From a virus: a stretch of DNA of 64,000 nt. Location of the stretch: the IMG/VR virus record IMGVR_UViG_3300030102_007483, positions 7,673 to 71,672 of that record; one strand, written 5' to 3'. A program made the position numbers and the translations under genes. The notes below the pieces were generated by a model that saw only the letters and a program-made list of their open reading frames with translations, had not been told where the DNA came from and did no database searches. This document shows, piece after piece, positions 53,825 through 62,315 of the stretch; positions within the stretch are counted from its first letter, which is position 1, and every line of letters starts with the position of its first letter.

Positions 53825-56605
53825 GTGGCATCCTTCAACCCCAAAGAATGTGGCGCGCGGTGTGACGTCTGTCCGTTGGGGCCAGAAGGACCACTTCATA
53901 AAGATGAGTGGCGGCCTGTGGGTGGTGAGTTCCATCGACAGGCTGCCATCATCGCTGTAGCTGAATCCCCCGGAGCAGATGAGGTTCAGCACGGGAGACC
54001 TTTAGTTGGTCGAGCAGGTACAGAGTGGGCGAACGCTCTGGTGCAGGCTGGAAAAGGTAGAGTGGACGTCGACTTGGATCACGTCATCTCATGCAAGCCG
54101 CCGGGACAAGACTCTGGGTCGTGGCGTCGTATGGAAAAGGCACTCGACAGACTCAACAGAAGACGACTGAAGAATGGTGATGATCCTCTGCCTCACCCAG
54201 TCGAATGTTGTCGGCCTCGCCTTATGAGTGTGGTCGAGAAGTATGAAAACATTATTACCTTAGGTAAAACTGCAACGTCAGTATTGACGGGTCAATCAAG
54301 CAGCATCCAAAGTTTGCGAGGTGGCCCGATGCAGATTGACGACGACTTTGATTGGGTGTCCGATCGTGGGACGAGAAAAATTATGCCCATGCTGCACCCG
54401 TCGTTTATTTTAAGGTCACCGAGTTGGAGGCATGTATTGCACTCTGACGTGGCCAAAGCATTTAGGTGGTTCGACAATTGTTTGCGCTGGACATCGCCAG
54501 ATAGTCTGATCAACCCATCGCCTGATGAACTTGCTGACTGGTTGTCCCAAAGCGCGCCGTTCTGGGCTTACGACGTTGAGACAGACGGGATCGAACCCTT
54601 AGAGTGCAATCTGCGAACAATCGCGATTGCTATCCCTGACATGGATGAAACGGGTAAAGCTGCTCGGTCAAACGTGTATCAAAATGCGAAGGCCGTAGGT
54701 GTCGGTCTGCTGTCGGTTGATGGTCGCACACGAATCTACAACCCTGAAGATGAGAGAAAGATTTTGGATCTTCTCCGTCAGGCATTTACAGACGGACGAG
54801 TATGGGTTGGTCACAACGCAGGATACTACGACAGGATGGTGGTCGAGACTCAACTCGGAGTCACACCCTACCCGCTTGTGGACACTCTTTTTCATGCACG
54901 TTTTAGGGCCCCAGATCTGCCGAAAGGGTTGAAGACAATTGGTTCAATACTGACCGATGTCGAGCGTTGGGAAACAACAGAAAAGGGAACACACATATCG
55001 ACCGGTAGTCAGGATGACGATGAGCTACTGCGATACAACATCGTTGATTCTACAGTCAACGCACGGATCGTTGTGCCCTTGATGGACGCTTCTGCTGCTG
55101 CTGGAGCATTCGAAAGCATATCACCAGACATCAAACCTTCTGGTTGGTCAATCGCTCGACCGTGGAATCTAAATGAAATCGACCATGCCACACAAGAGAT
55201 GTGTGTTGGAATGCACAAGTCGGGTGTTTGGGTCGATCAAAAGCTTCGTTCATTGTTGGAAGCGGAGTATGATGTATCAGTACGAAAACGCTACAAGAAC
55301 CTGCAGTCACTGGCTCAGTGCGTTGGGTTGTCTAAATTGGACTCAGACTCGGTGAACGAGTTGAACCCCGGTAGCGCCGATCAAATTCGTAATCTGCTCT
55401 ATGAGCGTTGGGGCTTGGGTATACCTGCATCAATGGATGCGCGGGAGTTCTACACCGAGACGGGCGCTCCGGGTACTGGTGACGCGGTGCTGAGGGCGCA
55501 TCTTGCCTCAGGTCGATTGACGGAAGATCAAGAATCATTTGTTCGTGAGTTGAGACTGTATCGGAGGGAGAAAAACAAAATCTTGGGAACCGTTTTGATT
55601 CCACTGCGCAGACGCGATCAAGACTCTAAAAAAGGATTGGTCCATGAAGATGGTCGTGTCCGATCAACATGGAATGCTCACGTAACAAGTGTGGGCCGAC
55701 TGAGTAGTAGCGGACCAAACTTACAGAATATCGGTAACCGAAAAGGTCAGGGAAGACTGAAAAAGATTTTTGCCGCTCCTCCCGGACGAATACTTGTTGG
55801 AGCCGATCTCGATCAAGCGCACCTGAGAATCACGGCTTGTTATTGGCAAATACCCCGTTTGCTTGAATGCTTTGCAACTGGAAAGGATCCCCACAATCTT
55901 CTTGCTTACGACGTTTTTGGTAAAGACTTTAAGAATGCAAGCGGATGGGGTCCGGATGGTTTCAGCTTGAACCGCAAGCCTACAGGCGGTGAAGCAAAAG
56001 CTATGCGCGATGTAATGAAGACCTTTCGGTACGCGTCAATCTATTGGGCAGACCCTACGACTGTATGGCAGGTACTGACTAGCACAGAGACAGATGATGG
56101 TCGTATGCCATACCTGAAGTTCGAGACGAGGGAAGTAAGGCATTTCCACAACAAGTGGCTCGAGGCAGAGCCTGAGTGGGAGGTGGCGTGGAAGAACATG
56201 CTGCAGCTTTATGAGAAGCAGGGCCATATGTTTGAGCCGGTGTTCGGTCGCAGGTCAGGGCCACTGTCAGACGGTAAAAAGAATGAGGTCGTAAACTTCC
56301 CAATCCTCGCGGCAGAATCGTCGATTATGAGAATCGCAGAACAAGAGGTAATCTCGGCGTTCCCGTTTGACTACGCGGGTCGTGGAACTGGAATGATCCA
56401 TCAGTGCCATGATTCTATAGCAGTTGAAATTGAACTGCCATCGGGGCTACCTCAAGACTGGCAGCCGGTATCCGGTGAACCGTTGCCACCACAAATAGAG
56501 CATGCACGAAAAACTATCGAATCATGCATGACAGTTTCTCTTCCGGGATGGGAAGTCCCAATGACTGCTGAGGCCGACGTCGGTCGCAGCCTTAAAGATG
56601 TTTGA
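53825..56605 (+). CDS. polA: Family A DNA polymerase with N-terminal family-4 UDG-like domain and 3'-5' exonuclease
   Basis: UDG: CxxC, AESPG, GRPLVG, C, C, HPS. Exo: YDVET, GHNAGYYD, YNIVD. Pol: GRLSS..PNLQNI, DLDQAHLR, RDVMKTFRY...Y, HD. Confidence 0.95.
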   Translation: MASFNPKECGARCDVCPLGPEGPLHKDEWRPVGGEFHRQAAIIAVAESPGADEVQHGRPLVGRAGTEWANALVQAGKGRVDVDLDHVISCKPPGQDSGSWRRMEKALDRLNRRRLKNGDDPLPHPVECCRPRLMSVVEKYENIITLGKTATSVLTGQSSSIQSLRGGPMQIDDDFDWVSDRGTRKIMPMLHPSFILRSPSWRHVLHSDVAKAFRWFDNCLRWTSPDSLINPSPDELADWLSQSAPFWAYDVETDGIEPLECNLRTIAIAIPDMDETGKAARSNVYQNAKAVGVGLLSVDGRTRIYNPEDERKILDLLRQAFTDGRVWVGHNAGYYDRMVVETQLGVTPYPLVDTLFHARFRAPDLPKGLKTIGSILTDVERWETTEKGTHISTGSQDDDELLRYNIVDSTVNARIVVPLMDASAAAGAFESISPDIKPSGWSIARPWNLNEIDHATQEMCVGMHKSGVWVDQKLRSLLEAEYDVSVRKRYKNLQSLAQCVGLSKLDSDSVNELNPGSADQIRNLLYERWGLGIPASMDAREFYTETGAPGTGDAVLRAHLASGRLTEDQESFVRELRLYRREKNKILGTVLIPLRRRDQDSKKGLVHEDGRVRSTWNAHVTSVGRLSSSGPNLQNIGNRKGQGRLKKIFAAPPGRILVGADLDQAHLRITACYWQIPRLLECFATGKDPHNLLAYDVFGKDFKNASGWGPDGFSLNRKPTGGEAKAMRDVMKTFRYASIYWADPTTVWQVLTSTETDDGRMPYLKFETREVRHFHNKWLEAEPEWEVAWKNMLQLYEKQGHMFEPVFGRRSGPLSDGKKNEVVNFPILAAESSIMRIAEQEVISAFPFDYAGRGTGMIHQCHDSIAVEIELPSGLPQDWQPVSGEPLPPQIEHARKTIESCMTVSLPGWEVPMTAEADVGRSLKDV

Positions 56606-56612
56606 GGTTTGT

Positions 56613-57041
56613 ATGAAATCGCAATGGTTCCTAGCTCACAGTAAAAAAGATGAACCCGAAGAAATTGAACTCTGGTGCAAAGAGATCGGCGAGAATCTTA
56701 CAGGTGATGGATGGGAGGCGTTTGTCATCTCTGGTCGCGATGACTACGCCAATCGATCCGCCGCAATGGGTGGGTGGAAAGCTTGGTGCCGGGACGTACC
56801 TTCTGGTACAGACTATGCTGGTCATCCGATGTACCACGGTGTCATCGTTCCCGCAGATTCATTGATAGAAGAACCGACCGTGGGCAAGGCTACCGCACAA
56901 ATCATCGAGGGTTTTCTGAGGGAAGGCAAGCATGCATATACATGGTGCCCCGATTCTAAAAAGTTCAAGCAAATATATTCTGTCGAAACACTTCCAAATG
57001 ATGACTGGGTGGCTTGGGCAAAACTTGTGTTTGAGTCTTGA
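56613..57041 (+). CDS. TIR/nucleoside 2-deoxyribosyltransferase-like fold protein (putative)
   Basis: WFLAHSKKD, YHGVIVP, VGKATAQIIEGFLREGKHAY follow the flavodoxin-like NDT/TIR pattern; SD GAGGT. Confidence 0.5.
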   Translation: MKSQWFLAHSKKDEPEEIELWCKEIGENLTGDGWEAFVISGRDDYANRSAAMGGWKAWCRDVPSGTDYAGHPMYHGVIVPADSLIEEPTVGKATAQIIEGFLREGKHAYTWCPDSKKFKQIYSVETLPNDDWVAWAKLVFES

Positions 57042-57065
57042 CACTGCGGTACATTCGTGTAAAAA
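57038..57065 (+). promoter_or_regulatory. Putative sigma70 promoter of the Rad50-like gene
   Basis: TTGACA-16-TAAAAA. Confidence 0.45.
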
Positions 57066-57097
57066 ACTTTTAACCCAAAGCAACTAACGGAGAAACC

Positions 57098-59095
57098 ATG
57101 AGACCTTACGTCAAACATGTCTACAGTAATTTAAAATCACCAATGCCTGAGGGAGAAGCTTGGCAGGTTGAACTGAGTCAAAGAACACTTTTTGTTGGCT
57201 CTAATACGAGTCATAAGAGCAGCGTCATTCAGTCTGTTGAGTTGGCACTTGCAGGTTCAGCAGACGACATCTTTGGTCGTAGTGCCGTGTCCGATGCTGC
57301 GCTGTTGCTGACCCTCGCCCCCAAAGATGAGCTTGGTATCACGGCGACGTTGTCCAACTCGAAAACAGCATCCTTCAATGTAAAAAGGGAGGGGACAAAG
57401 GTTAAGCGACCAACACATGATGGTCCCGGTGCGGGATCGCTTGTTCATCGCTCTGTCGCTGCCGCTCTTTCGGGGTCGCCCGCATCTGCTCGTAAAGCTT
57501 TCCTTGGGTGGTCGGGTGGCAACGTTGATCTCAATCGTGTGCTTCAATATCTTCCTGACAGCATGCACTCAAAGTATAAGGACATCGCACAGTTCAAGGG
57601 CAGGGGTAAGACTGCGGTTGAGACTTTGATTGATGTTGCTGCGTATGCAGGACAGAAGCAGCGTGAAGCGGCAAAGGAGGCCAAGGGCGCAGAGATTCTT
57701 CTTAACGGAATCAACAATGAGCTTGATGCCCGTCCTGACGATGATGACATGGTTCGCATGAGGTCAGCGGTAGCTCAGGCAAAGATGATTCTAGATCGGT
57801 CGGTCAGGGCTGGGAAGCAAGGCATGACGCTTGAGGAGAAGAATAAAAAGATAGACAGCATCAAGTCGATGCTTGAATTTTTGGAGAGTAAAAGATTGAA
57901 CGCTGTCCATGAACGAGACCAACTTCAAAACTCTCTGCCGTCGAAAGGTGAGAACGTTGATCACGCCATCGCAATTGTTGATGTCGCAGTCAAGCATGGT
58001 CTCGACGCCTGCCCTGTTTGTAGTAGTAAAGTTGGATTGGATCACTTGAAGAACTGCCAGTCATTTTATCAACAACAAGCAGATCAATGGCAGCGGCAAT
58101 CCAAAGGAACAATGGAGTCCATTCAGAACTTCGAAAACAATATCCGTACTTACGAAGCTGATATTGCTATTCATAGAGAGAAACTTCAAGAGACTGAAGC
58201 GGTCAAACCAAATCAGAAAGATCCGAACGTAATCCCAGTTGTCGATGCGACGGCAAGACTTGAGGCGGCCATGGATGCCATGACCAAGATGGATCATGCT
58301 GTTGCACAATGGGACAGCTTTCAACGGGCAAGAGGTAAGGTGATCCGCATGAAGGAAGATGTGGAGACCTATAAGTCGATGAAGAAAGAATGTGAGTCAG
58401 CGATCGGAATGTTGTTGAATGACCAGACAAAGACTTTCTCAAACAAGGTGCAAAAGTATCTGCCCGAAGATTGGAAGTTCAACATTGAGCTTATTGACGG
58501 TGATCGGGAAGTCTTTCGTATGGGTATTATGAGGGGCGACAAGCTACACGCCGCACTGTCCGGGGCTGAGTGGACCTCTGTTGTCACTGCTATATCGATG
58601 GCTGTTGTCGAAGGTCTGGGAGAGGATCAACCTGCTGTGTTGATTCCTGAGGATAGAGCGTGGGATGGAAAGACACTCGCCTCTGTGATGCGTGGGTTTA
58701 GTAACTTCGATGGTCAAGTTGTAATGGCGAGCACTACACGTCCTGTTGGAAAGACACCCAAGGGCTGGACGATTGTTGAAATGGATAAGCTGATTGAGTC
58801 TTGGACAACGTCCGAAGTTGACGAGGAGGAGGCCCCAGTTGAGGACGCTCCGACTGTTAGCAAAACAAGTATCAATCATGCCAGCGGTGGGTTTAGGGTA
58901 ACAACTCGAACAGCGATCATGCTCGAAACATTGGGTTACCGAACAGATGTTATTCAATCGATGTCTCGCGATACTGTCGCAGAGCTTATCAGACAGCAGA
59001 TTCCGCCAGAGAATGTTTGTGTGACTGAGGACGGAGGCTTTTATATTCGTAAGGGCGGCAACGTCTTGCCCATGCCACCCGCACCAAAAGTATAG
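57098..59095 (+). CDS. Rad50/SbcC-like ABC ATPase with coiled coil and Zn hook
   Basis: LFVGSNTSHKS, central CPVC, signature LSGAE, VLIPED...WD, QVVMAST. Confidence 0.85.
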   Translation: MRPYVKHVYSNLKSPMPEGEAWQVELSQRTLFVGSNTSHKSSVIQSVELALAGSADDIFGRSAVSDAALLLTLAPKDELGITATLSNSKTASFNVKREGTKVKRPTHDGPGAGSLVHRSVAAALSGSPASARKAFLGWSGGNVDLNRVLQYLPDSMHSKYKDIAQFKGRGKTAVETLIDVAAYAGQKQREAAKEAKGAEILLNGINNELDARPDDDDMVRMRSAVAQAKMILDRSVRAGKQGMTLEEKNKKIDSIKSMLEFLESKRLNAVHERDQLQNSLPSKGENVDHAIAIVDVAVKHGLDACPVCSSKVGLDHLKNCQSFYQQQADQWQRQSKGTMESIQNFENNIRTYEADIAIHREKLQETEAVKPNQKDPNVIPVVDATARLEAAMDAMTKMDHAVAQWDSFQRARGKVIRMKEDVETYKSMKKECESAIGMLLNDQTKTFSNKVQKYLPEDWKFNIELIDGDREVFRMGIMRGDKLHAALSGAEWTSVVTAISMAVVEGLGEDQPAVLIPEDRAWDGKTLASVMRGFSNFDGQVVMASTTRPVGKTPKGWTIVEMDKLIESWTTSEVDEEEAPVEDAPTVSKTSINHASGGFRVTTRTAIMLETLGYRTDVIQSMSRDTVAELIRQQIPPENVCVTEDGGFYIRKGGNVLPMPPAPKV

Positions 59096-59100
59096 CCGAC

Positions 59101-59322
59101 GTGAACTGTGAGCATTGCGGACAAAAAACGAGGGTAGTTGATTCTCGCAACGGTGATTCAACTGCCTCGTTTCGTGGACAAGGACTTATCCGTGAGCATG
59201 TGTCTTGGTACACAAGCGATTGGGTATGTCGTCAACGCAAGTGTTTGAGTTGCGGCCGTGTTTCGGTCACTGTTGAGATTTCAATCACTGACCTTAACAA
59301 CGGCTGGCAACGAAAGACTTAG
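59101..59322 (+). CDS. NrdR-like N-terminal zinc-ribbon protein (no ATP-cone)
   Basis: CEHC...TRVVDSR...RQRKCLSCG...TVE. Confidence 0.8.
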   Translation: MNCEHCGQKTRVVDSRNGDSTASFRGQGLIREHVSWYTSDWVCRQRKCLSCGRVSVTVEISITDLNNGWQRKT

Positions 59323-59684
59323 TGTTCTTCGACTGAGTATTTATTGATTGTACGGAAACTGAAGGATTTATTTGTGCCTTCAATTGTGATTAGCCGTGGA
59401 ATCATACGGCTTCCGTATCCACCCTTTGGAGCTTCTGTGACCTGCTTGAGAGCCGCATTAAACGATGCGTCACCAACAAAATTGAGTCGAACCTCACCTG
59501 CGTTTGTAATCAAATGTAAGGTTCGATGTTTTGGTGGAGGCGGTGGAGGGGCTTCAGCCTTGGGCTTTGGCGCAGCCTTTGGTGCCGATTTCTTCGCGGC
59601 AGTTTTCTTTGGCGCAGTTTTTTTCGGGGCTGCCTTTTTCTTGGGTGCAGCCTTTGCCTTCGCTGGTTTTTTTGTCGGGGCCAT
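59319..59684 (-). CDS. Protein with histone H1-like Lys/Ala/Pro-rich N-terminus
   Basis: SD GGAGA; (A)APKK repeats; own extended -10 TGTTATACT (59718-59710). Confidence 0.75.
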   Translation of the reverse strand: MAPTKKPAKAKAAPKKKAAPKKTAPKKTAAKKSAPKAAPKPKAEAPPPPPPKHRTLHLITNAGEVRLNFVGDASFNAALKQVTEAPKGGYGSRMIPRLITIEGTNKSFSFRTINKYSVEEH

Positions 59685-59737
59685 GATCTCTCCGTTATCG
59701 GGTGAGCTTAGTATAACAGGATGTTGTGTCTTGGTGT

Positions 59738-59767
59738 TTGACACGATGCTTGGTGGCCCGATAGAGT
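59738..59767 (+). promoter_or_regulatory. Putative sigma70 promoter
   Basis: TTGACA-18-TAGAGT. Confidence 0.55.
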
Positions 59768-59773
59768 TGTCTC

Positions 59774-59856
59774 GTCTGGTACTCATTCTTCCCATGAATG
59801 GTCCGGCTTTGGGTGGCATCGTCTGAGTCCTTCTCTCAGGCGGTGCTTTCTCGTCT
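59774..59856 (+). ncRNA. Candidate small RNA or attenuator leader with two pyrimidine-looped hairpins
   Basis: CATTC-TTCCCAT-GAATG; GCATCGTCTGAG-TCCTTCT-CTCAGGCGGTGC (12 bp, two G-U pairs) followed by TTTCTC. Confidence 0.45.
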
Positions 59857-59895
59857 TGATGTTTCGTAAATTATTTGACTTTTAAGGTGGTGAGC

Positions 59896-62010
59896 ATGGA
59901 AAGTGATGGCTCAGCGACGGTAGATGAACCTCGCAGTGCAGCAAATGCTGAGCCCAGTGAAGAAACTAACAACAGTCATCGAGACATTTTGTCTCGATTG
60001 TTAGCGTCCCTTCAAGCTGGTGGTCGTGAAGAACAACGTGCGGCGTGGGCTGCAATACAAGATCCCGATGTGATGGCGGCTCTTGCCGATGGATGGCGAG
60101 CAAATGAAGCAGAGGTCAGTGCTGCGTTCTCAGTGATTGAAACTGTTCCGGGACAGGTGCAGAGAACACGCAACATGAGGTCGGCAGTCAGACGGTTGGC
60201 TGAAGAGCGTAGTCGTCGAGATGCAGATCGATTGATTGATCAGCTTGAAGAACAACTTGGTCAACCCCAAACGCTCGCGTCACTTTTGGGTGGTGGTGCG
60301 CCACCCCCATCTGTGCTGCCAATACAAACACTTGAGACACTTCACATGCCCCGTGGTTTCGACATGGATGTGTCAGGTGTCTACCGGCTATCAGCCTCGG
60401 TCGATGGTACTCTTAACCGCACGAGGATTGCTCCTGCTCCCATTTTTATAGCTGGTCGAACGGTCGATGTGCATTCGGGTGAGGCGAAGCGTCAGGTCAT
60501 CTGGAGGGGTCCAAGCGGGTGGTGCTCACGGGTGATCGACCGCAGGACAATTCTTGACGCGTCAAAGATTATTCTTCTTACAAATCTTGAGGCACCGATC
60601 AATTCAAACACAACAGGTCAGATGGTTCAGTACCTCGCCGACTTCGAGGCTGATAACAGTCATCGATTCCCTGTCGTTCGTTCTGCTGCTCGTATGGGTT
60701 GGCAGCCTGATGGTGGGTTCCTGTTGCCTGATGTGTTTTACGCTGTGAATGATGAGGCAAGCTCCAACTTTGCGCTTACCCCGCCAAGCGGGTTGGAGAC
60801 ACTTTCTTCTGGATGGACCACTGCTGGCACATGGGAAGGGTGGCTCGAAGCTATGGGGCTTGTCTCATCATTCCCCTACATGTACATCGCCATGTACGCT
60901 GGGGCAGCGGCTCCACTGCTTTCTGTGTTGCGTATCCCCGGATTCGTCGTTGACTTCAGTGGTGAAACAAGTGGAGGAAAGACAACGGCACTCCGATTTT
61001 CCGCGTCGGTTTGGGGAAGACCTGCTGAGTCGTACCCAACTGCAATGTATTCGTGGGATGCCACAAAGGTTTGGATTGAACGGACTAGTGGATTTCTTCA
61101 CAATCTGCCGTTGATTCTCGACGAGACTAAGCGAGCAAGGCACCCAAGGATTGTGCGTGATGTCATTTACGACTTTTGCCAAGGACAAGGTCGTGGTCGT
61201 GGGTCCGTCGATGGTACAAGGCATACAGAGTCTTGGCGTTCAGTTCTAATCAGCAGCGGTGAGGGCGCGGCAACATCGTTTTCGCAGGACGCAGGAACGC
61301 GAGCGCGAGTGCTCAGCTTGAAAGGTAAGCCGCTTGGCAGTGATGTTGATGTCGGCTCAAGAGTGAGTGAAGAAGCGCAGATTATTTTGGCAACAAACTA
61401 CGGCCATCTTGGCAGAAGACTTGTGCAATATCTTGTGGCCAATCGTGCGAGTCATGATGACATCCGTCAGATCTTTCGGCAGGCCAGAGACAAGTACGCA
61501 AGTATTGCACGGACTGCTGTTGCTCGTAGACATGCAGGTCACCTTGCTGTCTTGGAAGTTACGGCCGCGATTGTGCACCTGTTGGGTGTACCACAACCTG
61601 ATGTTGATCCGTTTGGGTATCTGATCGAGTCTCAGGAAGCTGCTGCTGCAGACGCAGACAGACCGTTGGCTGCCTTGCAAGACATGTTGTCTTGGTGTGC
61701 GACACATCAAACAAGGTTTTGGGGGCGTGCTGACCTTGATAACAATGGGCGTCCTCGCGCACCGAATGCCGGTTGGGCGGGCTCTTGGGGCTCAGGCGAA
61801 GACTGGGACTTCATTGCAATATCAACGCTCACCTTCAAAGAGGTGATCAGAAATATCGGACATGACCCAGATGAAATTATCCAACGGTGGGTGGCTCGTG
61901 GGTGGCTGAACACAGGATCAGGAAGGCATCGTACCCGAGTTGTCAGGATCGATGGGGCACCTACCCGATGCTACTGTATTGATAAGACAGCAAGTGACTA
62001 TGCTCTTTAG
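59896..62010 (+). CDS. DUF927/Cch-like replicative helicase without a recognisable primase domain
   Basis: ARMGW, TWEGW, FSGETSGGKTT, SVWG, LPLILDE, GQGRGR, LISSGE, GTRAR, NYGH; C-terminal winged-helix-like end. Confidence 0.88.
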   Translation: MESDGSATVDEPRSAANAEPSEETNNSHRDILSRLLASLQAGGREEQRAAWAAIQDPDVMAALADGWRANEAEVSAAFSVIETVPGQVQRTRNMRSAVRRLAEERSRRDADRLIDQLEEQLGQPQTLASLLGGGAPPPSVLPIQTLETLHMPRGFDMDVSGVYRLSASVDGTLNRTRIAPAPIFIAGRTVDVHSGEAKRQVIWRGPSGWCSRVIDRRTILDASKIILLTNLEAPINSNTTGQMVQYLADFEADNSHRFPVVRSAARMGWQPDGGFLLPDVFYAVNDEASSNFALTPPSGLETLSSGWTTAGTWEGWLEAMGLVSSFPYMYIAMYAGAAAPLLSVLRIPGFVVDFSGETSGGKTTALRFSASVWGRPAESYPTAMYSWDATKVWIERTSGFLHNLPLILDETKRARHPRIVRDVIYDFCQGQGRGRGSVDGTRHTESWRSVLISSGEGAATSFSQDAGTRARVLSLKGKPLGSDVDVGSRVSEEAQIILATNYGHLGRRLVQYLVANRASHDDIRQIFRQARDKYASIARTAVARRHAGHLAVLEVTAAIVHLLGVPQPDVDPFGYLIESQEAAAADADRPLAALQDMLSWCATHQTRFWGRADLDNNGRPRAPNAGWAGSWGSGEDWDFIAISTLTFKEVIRNIGHDPDEIIQRWVARGWLNTGSGRHRTRVVRIDGAPTRCYCIDKTASDYAL

Positions 62011-62219
62011 TCGCAAGTCCAGCATTTGCCCTGATTGCAAACTTTGCGCAGGGCTTTTGCTGTCGCCCAAACTGGTCCGTGTTGGCGTTTACATGATCGG
62101 CATTTTACATAAACGATTTGCGTCGAACCTGTTGCTGAGAAGGTGAGGCGGTATGAGTGAAACTTGGACAGTTCCTGTTGTGCGTCTGATGCTGGCTGTC
62201 GATTCCAAGATAAAGACAT
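62007..62219 (-). CDS. Small zinc-finger protein
   Basis: SD AGGAGG; CRSC...CWTC. Confidence 0.7.
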   Translation of the reverse strand: MSLSWNRQPASDAQQELSKFHSYRLTFSATGSTQIVYVKCRSCKRQHGPVWATAKALRKVCNQGKCWTCD

Positions 62220-62315
62220 TGGTCCTCCTGTTACTAACGTACCACACTGGTACGTGATGCGCTACTGTTTCGCGGTTGGGTTGTGACACACAAATGAATC
62301 AGGTAGAGTGAGACC

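Noticed and set aside
53825-56605. Z-genome (DpoZ/PurZ), hmU or deazaguanine modification pathway
   Set aside because: No PurZ, DatZ, dUMP hydroxymethylase, DpdA or Que-like genes are recognisable in the window, so no specific modified base can be claimed.
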